Shown one piece after another: positions 11,646 through 23,577 of a stretch of DNA of 64,000 nt. The notes below the pieces were generated by a model. It was not told the origin of the DNA. It saw only the letters and a program-made list of their open reading frames with translations, and did no database searches. Every line of letters starts with the position of its first letter. Position 1 is the stretch's first letter. Location of the stretch: positions 310,001 to 374,000 of the forward strand of contig NW_025767522.1 of assembly GCF_003918875.1 (NCBI RefSeq), read 5' to 3'. Source of the stretch: Haliotis rubra (Eukaryota). A program made the position numbers and the translations under genes.

Positions 11646-13186
11646 TTATGAGTTAGCTTAGTATATTTTCCATGTAATGAATCCTTAACTATGTCACAAG
11701 CAAAGCTGGAGACATATTTCTAGCCAGTGAAACTGATACATTTATCTGCAATGCGGTTAAGGGGTGAGGGTACTGGGTCTTAAGGGACGGTCATTTACAA
11801 TAACGTTGTTTCGTTGTATAGAGAGAAGCGTAAAGAGTATCCCCGAGATACGGTGATCCTTCATCAGATCGGTAGAGGTCCTTACGCCCCCAGCATGACA
11901 CCGTTTGCTGTGAAGCTGGAAACCTATCTCCGGATGGCCAGGATACCCTACCAGGTAGGTGAATGAGGTGTTGAGTGAGTGAGTGAGGTAAACCACTGGG
12001 AAGGACAGAACAAACCATCGAAGCAAAAGTCATTGTGCACAGTCAGCCAGATACACATTGTAACCACCCGATCAGCATAAATCGACTCTGACTTCACTGA
12101 CTACAATGTTCGAGATCGGAGATAACAGTCACAGCTTATTGGTAATTCCTACATTGTTGTCAACTAATATATGTATACATTGTGACCTGGCTGTTTGTGT
12201 ATATCCTGCTGTGTATACTGTTGTTCATTCTATCAACCAATGGGCAGTGAAAGTTGATGTTTGCAGTTAATCACTCATCTTCTGCCCAGAACCTCGTTAC
12301 ACAAGACATACATACTTATGGTAATATATGAGGCGATTGCTTTGTAAACCAAAACGAGATCACCGAAGAAGGCTCTGTGTGTCCGTCCGTTCGTGCGTTT
12401 GTCTGTGCATACATGCGTGTGTAAGAGGTTTAAGGGACAAGAAGAAGGTTACACCGGTTATATCGTGGAAGACCACGAGATATCGAGTAACGTCGCGTCT
12501 TCAGGTTAACTCAAGAAACACATCACTTACAGTATCATGTATAAATTTCCTAGTTTACATATACCATTAACATAGTAGGGGATATTCCATTTTTCGAGCA
12601 TACCACAAGCCAATGCCAATGCATATGAGAAAAATAATATATATCCATACAGATGAAACATTTCCAAAGGAATGGAATAAATTGTCACATTAACCCTTAA
12701 TTTCTCTTCATCATCTCTTTCCTCCTTGGCTTCATCATTTGCATTTTATCAATCTTGTAAATCCAATATCCCCTACTTTTTTGGAATGGTATATATTCAC
12801 ATAAGTCACAGTTTTTCTTCTGCGCATAGTTCCTCATGCCGTGCCACGTTTTCCATCCATGGAATGCAACCTTCACCTAAGGGCAAGGTCCCCTGGATTG
12901 AGTACAATGGCCAACCTATTGGGGACACCACGCTGTGTATACATTTCCTCAATCATAAGCTTGGGGTGGTACTGGTACGTCAACTTTAATTGGTCTTCAG
13001 TAACCCATGCAACAAGATAGGGTGGTCAGGCTCATGTCATCGTATTCCAGTTGCGCAGATCGATGCTCATGCTGTTGATCACTGGATTGTCTGGTCAAGA
13101 CTCGATTATTTACAGACCATATAGCTGGTCTATTGCTCAGTGCGGCGTAAAACTAAATTCACTCATATGGAAGACATATTAATTAA

Positions 13187-13861
13187 TTTTTTTTGGTTTA
13201 ATTTTTTTATTCATTCAGGATCAGTAGATACAAATATACAAAGTACATGATGTAACAGCACTTGTACACCGTAAAACAGATATTCATATGGGTTGGCATT
13301 ACACATATTGGAATCTTCATTAAGCTGGGAATGTGTGCAGTAGAGATGACCATTTTCTGTCAAATTGTAATATGTTTTGATTCTTACTGGCAATAAACTT
13401 TTCTGTCTTGAAAATATCACTCAATAGTTTCACAAATGTATCCAGTGATAGCTTATTTTTTTTAATACTTGATATATGGATATATTTTTTACTGGCAAGA
13501 AGTATGTGATTCATAAGGTCGTTATTAAGACTGTATATTTTGTCAGGGTAAAATTTTCTGATGATTTATCTTCAATATATTCTTTCAGTTTCAGCCAGAA
13601 CGTTTTCACACACTCACATTCCCAATAAACACGTATCAAATTTTCTGACATTAAATTACAAAATGAGCAAAGTTTATCATCTACTAATTTCATTCTAAAT
13701 AATTCTTTCTTTGTGTAGACAATATTGTGGATAAATTTAAACTGGAAGTCAATCAATTTAGTATCTTTTGTACATTTTCTATATTTTCTAAAAATATCTT
13801 GCCATGGAATTGCAATATCAAAGATAATTTGCCATTTTTCATAAGTTGAAGGTAGGTTTTA
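13187..13861 (-). mobile_element. L1/Tx1-like LINE 3' fragment (C-terminal zinc-binding region)
   Basis: DFQFKFIHNIVYTKKELFRMKLVDDKLCSFCN..ENLIRVYWEC; A-rich tail at the left end; TAATTAA on both flanks; absent from the mirror arm. Confidence 0.8.
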
Positions 13862-14228
13862 TAATTAACTGACGCATCAGTGACAAAAATTATGTCTGAT
13901 GCAATTCCCTATTTAGACATATAGCATATTTCCAACGTACTGATGATTTGAAATGATTCCGATCCAGGTTGCTTGCCCAAATCCGCTGGTTGTACAGCAG
14001 AGACGCATCGTTTATTTTGGAAACGTTTAAATTCTCCAAGTTCTTTCTATGGATGATATTAAAAAACAAACATGGAGTCAGGGATTGGGTCGCCACACGG
14101 AGGAAGAGGTCGTCGAAATGATGTATAAGGACTTCCAATCTATCTCCGACTTTATAGGTATTTATTTGTGGAAATTGAGTTTGGTAGTGAGTCTTTGAAC
14201 AGTCATTTGGTTATATTACTTAGAGGTT

Positions 14229-14544
14229 CCTGCTACGACTGTCGTGAGTCTATGTTACAGTATAGGAGGTACGAAGTCGTAGCGCTACGATACCTTTGTG
14301 AAACGGGATCCTGTGGTTGCCGTTTCACCAATGCCTCTCATAGCTATGACGTGCTAGCGGATACGACCGACTTTAGGATGTCCCAGCGTAATGATTTACG
14401 ACCCTTCCACTAAGATAAAAATTTAAGAGCTGAGGTACGACATTCGTGGTGCTACGACAGCACCCCGTTGTGAAACGGGGCCCTGGTTTACGATGTGGTT
14501 TAGGACGTCGTAGCGCTAAGAGGCTTTCGTGAAACGGCACCCTG
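14229..14544. mobile_element. Stack of Harbinger-like MITE copies/halves; mirror at about 25256-25600
   Basis: Repeated gtgaaacgg..cc|ctg ends (about 14313, 14484, 14544) and gtcgtagcgctacga cores related to the 5743 MITE. Confidence 0.65.
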
Positions 14545-15253
14545 GTTAGAACTGGTCACTGTGTTGTGTTGGTAGTAATAGGTGACCAAACGGATCGGTA
14601 GTCACTCTAACTGACTCGTTTGATAGCGTGTCACGACGGCTTGAAACATGCCTCTAAATATCATTCACAGGATTGCCCGGTACAATCTCGAATATCCACA
14701 GTCCGCTGTCTTGCAGTTGGACTAGTGCCATGCGAGGCTTAAAAGAACAAACGAAACTGACAAAACAAACACAACCTGTATCTATTTGCTTTGAACAGGA
14801 GGCAGTACTTCAACCCAAAGTTTTGCAGGTCTGAGACAGAAACTCAGAAATATAATTTTGACCCCAACTTAAGGTTCGAATCCAATTTTGCAACCCCTTG
14901 GCTCCAGACTGATTCTCATATATTGTTATATTTAGTGATTAAGTATATAGGTTACGTAAGTCTATAATTTATAAACCTTAAGTTTCCCAATCGCCCCAAA
15001 CCAGACGGTCAGTTGTTTCAAGAAGCCTTTACTCTTTTAACGTGCGCCGACCACATGTTTGAATGTCCCTACGTTATAATTAACCAGTAACAATGGAGAC
15101 AAACCAACAGAGGACATGAATATCATAATCCCTCTTCTCTTCGATGCTGTATGGAAATCTAGCGGTGAAGATCCGGGTTAGAATTGGTCTTCAGCAACCC
15201 GTGATTGTGGTAAGAGGTGACTAACGAGATCGGGTGGTCATGCTCGCCGGCTT

Positions 15254-16195
15254 GGATAACAACTTCTTTATTTCGTGAGTGCGACGTTTCGATAAAGATT
15301 CTTGTACCGTTGTCAAGCAAGAGTGATACATGAAGTGGAGGAGCTGCATATTTATACTGTGTATAACAATGAAACTACATACATTGTAATTGACAAAGGA
15401 AACAACATAATTGCCATAATTGGTTAAGCAGTATGCTGATGAAGCCAGTGAGTGCACAAAGGATAGTGAATGGAAGCCAGAGATGTATAAATACAGGAGT
15501 GGTACAATGAAGGATATGTTTATACAAAAGGTGCGATGTTTATACAATAGATTGGGCTTGGTGGAGGAGTGGATCATAAGCTGATGGAATGAAGTATCAT
15601 TGGTCACGGTTGATGGTGGGCTTATGGCGTTTGATGTGAATGGCTTCGGTGGGCTTGCGTTTAGTGAAGTCCGTTTGGTTGTTGGCGAGAATGGTGAAGT
15701 CGGACCACTCTATTTGATGATTGGGGTTTGCTTTGATGTGGTCAGAGATAGCTGATTTGGTGTCGGAGTTAGCAACAGAGGTGCGATGTTCTTTGACTCG
15801 CGTGTTGATGGGTCGGGATGTTTCACCTGTGTAGCTTTGTCCAGAATCACAGTTTATTTTATAAATAACACATTTCGGGTTGTTGTTGTTGACGGTGTTG
15901 TCCACGTCCGCCATCAATGACCTCAACACCTCCCTCAGCTCCAGCCTTGACACAGAACTCTTCTCCACTGCTTAACCAATTATGGCAATTATGTTGTTTC
16001 CTTTGTCAATTGCAATGTATGTAGTTTCATTGTTATACACAGTATAAATATGCAGCTCCTCCACTTCATGTATCACGCTTGCTTGACAACGGTACAAGAA
16101 TCTTTATCGAAACGTCGCACTCACGAAATAAAGAAGTTGTTATCCATAAAAACTTGTTCCATATTGTACGTCTCAACTGCTAAAGTGCACTCAAA
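15254..16195 (-). mobile_element. Penelope-like element, 5'-truncated: GIY-YIG endonuclease remnant plus inverted pLTRs
   Basis: ORF 15597-15968 KCVIYKINCDSGQSYTGETSRPINTRVKEH..INRD; 179-bp inverted repeats 15254-15432 / 15967-16145; absent from the mirror arm. Confidence 0.88.
16080..16119 (+). ncRNA. Minimal hammerhead-like ribozyme motif in Penelope pLTR (second copy 15280-15319, minus)
   Basis: Helix I TGC/GCA, variant core CTTGACAA, helix II GGTA..AAGA/TCTT..TATC, GAAA, palindromic ACGT helix III, and a GTC cleavage triplet. Confidence 0.6.
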
Positions 16196-18194
16196 CAAGT
16201 GGTTGTGTATAGCTGGAATATTATGAGTGCGGCGTTAAACAACAAACCAAACAACCAACTGTATGGAAATCGAAAAGGAAATAGTTTTATTTTTTCCCTT
16301 TTGTTGGATAACTTGATATGGTTTATACATACTTATCCTGTACAATCTGAATGGAGGTACAGGTACGGGGACATCATTAACTAAGTTACATCCTGTATAC
16401 TAGGGAGGAAGAAGTTCCTGATGGGAGATGATCCCTGTGAAGCGGATTGCTCTCTGTTCGGTATGCTGTCTCAGGCATATTGGCAGTTTAATGGATCTGG
16501 ATTTGAGAGTCTCATAACAGGTAAAACCCGGAAAACAGGTTGGCAGTGATATTCCAATTAATTTCCTGATCGAAATTTTCACTCTCGTCACATATACGTC
16601 ATTGTTATTCCTGAGTAGTAAAATGTGACAAGCGTTCTATTCCACTCACTTTTCATACATATTCGCGATGTGAATTCCAGATGAAAGGGTTTAGAGAAAT
16701 TTTAAATTATTCTTATAGAAAGTGTGTAATGTTTGCAAATGCTGTATAAGTCAGTATCAACGTTGGCGATGGTGTAGCTTTGTGGTTAAAGCGTTCGCTC
16801 GTCACGCCAGTGACCCGGGTTCGATTCCCTACATGGGTACAATGTGTGAAGCCCATTTCTGGTGTCCCCGACGTTATATTGCTGGAATATTGCCAAAAGC
16901 GGAGTAAACTCACTCACTCAATAGCAACGAGTTCAACTGATAAAGAAATCTGAGTTGTGTCTTACACCACGGGGAACGGTATTTTGTTTTGTTTGTTTTG
17001 CATTTTGCATGTTGATATAGTGACCAAATCCTGAGTTGATGCAGTTTTGAGTTATTTCCATGGTTATGCAGAAAAAGTGTACTTGAAACCAGGTTCAATT
17101 AAGGACATTTTGAAATGCAGTTCTCCGCAGTCAATAGCACTCTGGACGATGTTTACCTTATGGCTAAAGAAATTGCTCTAAAACTCTCGTCGGTATTGTC
17201 TCTTCTGAAGTATTTGTGTATCATGTATGACATATGCATAGTGGTGTTTGTGGAACATTTTTGTTGATAACATCTTATTTTCCCCAGATAATTATCCCAA
17301 CCTGGCTACCCACTGTGAACGTACTGTGGCCGGACTGGGACCAGTGCATCACGCACGGTGGAACAAGGGAGGCAAGCAAGTGAAGGGTGATAACTCAGGG
17401 ACTGCCCCTCCATTAACCCTTAAAACATGATATATAATAATTGTTTGACCGAATAAGGAGTTGAATTATATATTTTCATATAATTTGTGTTTGAGCGTAA
17501 GAGAATCAGTGAATATAATCTTTCGGTTCTTGCCGCTTAATTTCAGCAGTATATCGACGGGGGACTTTAGGAACGGAAAATGTATGAAAGAACGTGGACT
17601 AGTGTAGCTAAGTGGTTATATCACCAAGTCTTGTTTGAAGACCCGGGTTCGATTTCCTACATGGATGATAATACGATGCGCCAACAACGTCGCTGAAATA
17701 ATGCTCAAAACCCCTCTCACATAGGTATTTGATTGTTGAGGATATATTCACTGGCATGTGAGAAGAAGTATAATGAATTCTGCTTGTTTTTATCAAGAAT
17801 AAACGTTACTGTTTATATCTAACTGATGTATATTATATTCGGTAATATTAAGAACGTAAGAACTTTAAATAACTGTTACTCATATTAACTGGTACTAATA
17901 ACATATGCTTCGATTACGTATTTCTGTGTTCGAGTGGGTGAGTTTAGTTTTACGCCGCACTCAGCAATATTCCAGCTGTATGGCGGCGGTCTGTAACTAA
18001 TCGGGTCAGGACCAGACCATCCAGGCATCTGGACCCCATAACTCTGTGGGGTTCGCTTAAAATAATGTTCGACCGGTAGAGGGAGCGAGAGTCGATTTAA
18101 CGTTGCATTAATTCATTCGAGGTTTTTAATATTGTAATCTAAATACGTAATTTGTTTTTGGGATAAGTTATATGGTACCTTCCCTGGGGGCTGA

Positions 18195-18810
18195 TAGTTA
18201 GCATTATTGAGAGATATCCATCACATCCGCAATATTGGACTGATAAGGAAATATAACACCAAGGAAACGGCAGCAGCACTGATTCAAGCATATGCTACAT
18301 CTCGACTGGATTATTGCAATGATCTGCTTCACGGACTTCCAGAATACCCCTGATGAAGCTACAGAAGGTCCATAACTCAGCTGCGAACTAAGAAGTCAGA
18401 ACATATCACTCCTGTTCTGATGGCATTACATTGGTTGCCAATCAAAGAACGCATCCAGTACAATATGCTTGTATTAATGTTCAAATCCTTGCACGGAAAA
18501 GCGCCAGTATATCTATCTGATCTTGTGCATGAATATCAGCCGCCAAGGAACCTTAGATCATCAACACAACATATGTCAAAGTCAGCTGTTGGTCGGACAA
18601 AGACATTCGGAGACAGGTCTTTTCAATCTGGGGGTCCATCTTTATGGAACAAGCTACCACTGTCTACGATCAGAAGAGCAACTGAGTACTTTCAAATCAA
18701 AATTAAAGACTCATTTATTCTCGGCAGCCTACGACACCCACCAGTGCTTTTGAGCAACCTTCCGAGGGATGGATATTAGCGCTATACAAATGCATATACA
18801 TTGATTTCTG
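18195..18810 (+). mobile_element. L2/CR1-group LINE 3' remnant; shorter mirror copy about 22525-22795 (-)
   Basis: SRLDYCN..HITPVLMALHWLPIKERIQY..PVYLSDL..FGDRSF..LWNKLP..FKSKLKTHLF, with frameshifts. Confidence 0.85.
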
Positions 18811-19472
18811 TATATTTAGATAAATGTGGTGTGACATTGTGCCTTTAAAGTATAGGTGATACGATAGTAGTAGCGTTGTGATTGCTTTGTGAAACGCGGC
18901 CTTGGTCCACACTCGCCTGTGACAGAGATGGGAGACTGAAGAAACACCCGCTTAGGACACCATTCATTTATTGTTTCCATGGCTGCAGCTATCAGCTTTC
19001 ACAGTATGTTATTATATTATACATAACATATCTAACTGGTCATATGCTGACCTGTCAAGCGAGCATATGGAGAAACACATTTTCACTAAAACCATTCTGT
19101 GTACCATGTACAAATTTCTATTTTGTTTCAAATAAATATTTTGATATAAGATCGTTTGTTACATCGAAACACACCCGTGGGGATTTCTATTTGTTTTATG
19201 TTCCCAACAGCCAGTGATAGTCCACGAGGTGTTTGCATGGATCAGCTGTTTGCGGTTAAATTTCGCTTACTTGAAATTTATTAACCACTTGGCATAATAC
19301 CCTACCGCCATGAATCGTTGTCAGTCTCTGGTCCCCCTTGTCGAGTCGAGGCGGCGGGTTAGTCTAGCGGTAAATGCATTCGTTCGTCACGCAGAAGACC
19401 CGGGTTCGATTCTCCCAGGGATAGAATGTGTGAAGCTCATTTCTGGGGTCTTTGTGATGTCGCCCTCGCCGT

Positions 19473-19659
19473 CACTTTATGAATGAAATATTTGATAGTC
19501 CCACTTCACTCCCCGAATGGTTGAAAGATCAAAGTCGTTTTATGAATGATGTTTGTCTTTCCCTTAAAACAACTGTTAGGCCCACGTTGCTCAATGAACG
19601 ATTGAAAAACCAACTTCGACGCCTCACTGACAGACATCAAATATTTCATTCATAAAGTG
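19473..19659. mobile_element. MITE-like element with 24-bp TIRs at the inner end of the left palindrome arm
   Basis: cactttatgaatgaaatatttgat / atcaaatatttcattcataaagtg. Confidence 0.6.
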
Positions 19660-20667
19660 GGTGCCAATCAAACATCAATAGACTGAGATGTGCTTATTAA
19701 TAGTTCCTTCAGTGAGGTGTGACCATAAGTCAGCACAGTGAGCCTATCAACCAGTGAGGTAGAGGTTGAAGCGTCCTTTAAAGACTCGGGTTCGATTCCC
19801 CACATGGATCGATACAATGTGTGAAGCCTATTTCTGGAGTCCCCCGCCGTGTTATTGCTAATTTCCTATAGGTAGAAAAATGTATGGAGGCCATATTCAA
19901 AATCCACTATTCTCTTAAACTCAGATGTGAAAACTAGTGAGGAAGGCATGTAAAAATAATTCTGATCTATTGCTCCAGTGGCCTTTATTAACGCAATCTC
20001 AACAAATAGTTCTCGTTTTAAAGCTTCCCGTTTCTTAGATCTGGGACTTGAGCCCCTCGACGGAAATGATCCTCAGCAACCATGCTTGTCGTAGTAGGCT
20101 GTCAACGAGATCGGATGTTCAGCCTCGCCTGCTATGTCAATACATGTCATCGATTGTTCACACACCACCGTCATGAAGTCGGGAGATTGCTGAGTGCGGT
20201 AAATAACATGCAAAAATAAAGCTGATGTGCTACATAAAACTGTCTCTTCGACCTTGTTGCGTTCATTGAGAGAACGAAATTGAAGCATTCATTCCAAATT
20301 TAAAATTCTGAACATATTCCCAACTCTTCCTCTCCCTATATCAAAACGGCTCATAGCACCTAGCGTGTTTTCAAACGCCATGAGGATCCAGTCTATTCCT
20401 ATGAGGATACAGCAGGTTTACAGGGGTACCAAATTTACTGTTTCACCGTTTAATTGTTGAGACTGACTGACTGAGTTTGCTTTTACGCCGCTTTTAGCAA
20501 TATTCCAGCAACATCACGGCGGGGGACACCAGAAATGGGCTTCACACATTGTACCCATGTGGGGATTCGAACCCGGGTCTTCTTCGTGACGAGCCAACGC
20601 TTTAACCGTTAGACTACCCCACCACCCCTTAATTGTTGAGAACAAGCCCGTTGAACGCGTACGATTT

Positions 20668-20763
20668 CCTTGGAAATCAGTTTCCTGACGGTGATGACCG
20701 ATCCAACACCCCCGACAGTATATAGCGGTTTGTCTGATGGAAGACATCCACGAGAGTATCCAT
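20668..20763 (-). pseudogene. Orphan degenerate FAX exon 1 in the palindrome spacer
   Basis: ATGGATACTCTCGTGGAT...ACTGTCGGGGGTGTT...GTCAGGAAACTGATTTCCAA resembles exon 1a; it is frameshifted and the donor is mutated. Confidence 0.6.
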
Positions 20764-23577
20764 TGGTGATCTACTTGCTGTGGTAACAGGCTGAGCTAAA
20801 CAACTCCCAGATAGCGACTGGATATTTTATGTCACGTTGAAAGGAGAAACAAGTAATGTCTGACTGGGTTTATTCATGTAGTTCACTATGATTACTTCAC
20901 AGTCATACCAGGTTGTCTATTCACAAAACCGGATGTCTGAATAAAGCATTAAACTAAACTGTTCAGCTCAAATATCTCATGTACCTACGGTCAGTACGTC
21001 CATAACTCATTGCTGAGTGAGTGAGTGAGTGAGTTTTACGCCGCTTTTAGCAATATTCCTGCGATATCACGGCGGGGGAAACCAGAAATTGGCCATGTGG
21101 CAATCGAACCCGGGTCTTCTGCTTGACAAGCGGACGCTTTAACCACTGGCTACCCCACCGCCCCGCTACGCATACTTACGCACACTCAGGATTTAAGGTG
21201 AAACGTATATTCAGCGCCACTCTTCTTAATTTTAGCCCTGTAGTTCAATGGTTAGTCAACAAAGATGCTCATGATGTCAGTCATCTGATCATGGCATTTT
21301 GTCATACGGTCACGTCGTTCCAACCAAAGAGGTACTAAGCTTACGTAATCACTTTGACACGTGCATTATTTATATTTTCTCACAAACAAAATTATATATC
21401 AAATAACCTACTCATGATTCGGGAACTACAGAATAATTATCTTTCCTGCCGAGGTAGTACCATCCTGCAGCATTTCTCGCTGCTCGTGGATCCGGGTTCA
21501 TAAGACGCGACTAACGTGATCGGGTGGTCAGGGTCGCTGACTTGGTTGACACGTCATCGTATCCAATTGTGTCAATCGATGCTCATGCTGTTGATCACTT
21601 GATTGTCCGGTGCATACATGATTATTTACAGACAGCCGCCATATAGCTGGAATATTGCTGAGTGCGGCGTAAAACTACGCTCACTCACTCGCAGCTCGTG
21701 TTATTATTGAAATTGTTATTCGTGCACCTGACACTTGTTCCTGTTTGCGTGGCATACATGAATATTCCTGTTACATATTGTGTACATGTATATATACATA
21801 TATATATACTCGACAAGTGAGTATTGTTTAACGCCGCTGTCAGTAATATTCCAGCAACATCAAGGCGAGGGCGACATCACAGAGATCCCAGAAATGAGCT
21901 TCACACATTCTATCCCTGGGAGAATCGAACCCGGGTCTTCAGCGTGACGAACGAATGCATTAAGCGCTAGACTAACCCGCCGCCTCGACTCGACAAGGGG
22001 GACCAGAGACTGACAACGATTCATGGCGGTGGGGTGTTATGCCAAGTGGTTAATAAATTTCAAGTAAGCGAAATTTAACCGCAAACAGCTGATCCATGCA
22101 AACACCTCGTGGACTAACACTGGCTGCTGGGAACATAAAACAAATAGAAATCCCCACGGGTGTGTTTCAATGAAACAAACGATCTTATATTAAAATATTT
22201 TATTTGAAACAAAATAGAAATTTGTACATGGTACAAAGACAGGTTTTAGTGAAAATGTGTTTCTCCATATGCTCGCTTGACATGTCAGCATATGACCAGT
22301 TAGATATGTTATGTATAATTTGATGACATACTGTGAAAGCTGATAGCTGCAGCCATGGAAACAATAAATGAATGGTGTCCTAAGCGGGTGTTTCTTCAGT
22401 CTCCCATCTCTGTCACAGGCGAGTGTGGACCAAGGCCGCGTTTCACAAAGCAATCACAACGCTACGACTATCGTATCACCTATACTTTAAAGGCACAATG
22501 TCACACCACATTTATCTAAATATACAGAAATCAATGTATATGCATTTGTATAGCGCTAATATCCATCCCTCGGAAGGTTGCTCAAAAGCACTGGTGGGTG
22601 TCGTAGGCTGCCGAGAATAAATGAGTCTTTAATTTTGATTTGAAAGTACTCAGTTGCTCTTCTGATCGTAGACAGTGGTAGCTTGTTCCATAAAGATGGA
22701 CCCCCAGATTGAAAAGACCTGTCTCCGAATGTCTTTGTCCGACCAACAGCTGACTTTGACATATGTTGTGTTGATGATCTAAGGTTCCTTGGACAAGGTC
22801 AGATAGGAAACTTATCCCAAAAACAAATTACGTATTTGAATTACACTATTGAAAACTTCGAATGAATTAATGCAACGTTAAATCGACTCTCGCTCCTCGC
22901 TAAGCGAACCCCACAGAGTTATGGGGTCCAGATGCCTGGATGGTCTGGTCCGCACCCGATAACTTACAGACCGCCGCCATACAGCTGGAATATTGCTGAG
23001 TGCGGCGTAAAACTAAACTCACCCACTCGAACACAGAAATACGTAATTGAAGCATATGTTATTAGAACCAGTTAATATGAGTAACAGTTATTTAAAGTTC
23101 TTACGCTCTTAAGATTACCGAATATAATGTACATCAGTAATTAGATATAAACAGTAACGTTTATTCTTGATAAAAACAAGCAGAATTCATTATACTTCTT
23201 CTCACATGCCAGTGAATATATCATCAACAATCAAATATCTATGTGAGAGGGGTTTGAGCATTATTTCAGCGACGTTGTTGGCGCATCGTATTATCATCCA
23301 TGTTGGAAATCGAACCCGGGTCTTCAACAAGACTTAGTGATATAACCACTTAGCTACACTAGTCCACGTTCTTTCATACATTTTCCGTTCCTGAAGTCCC
23401 CCGTCGATATACTGCTGAAATTAAGCGGCAAGAGCCGAAAGATTATATTCACTGATTCTCTTACACTCAAACACAAATTATATGAAAATATATAATTCAA
23501 CTCTTTATTCGGTCAAACAATTATTATATATCATGTTTTAAGGGTTAATGGAGGGGCAGTCCCTGAGTTATCTCCCC

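Larger units (their letters stand above)
11822..17383 (+). pseudogene. FAX-like copy C: exon 2 11822-11954, exon 3 about 12856-12974 (acceptor lost, internal deletion), exon 4 13968-14157 (frameshift), exon 5 16404-16520, exon 6 17288-17383 (frameshift); no exon 1
   Basis: Homology to paralog exons; exon 4 is 190 vs 200 nt and exon 6 is 96 vs 107 nt. Confidence 0.88.
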
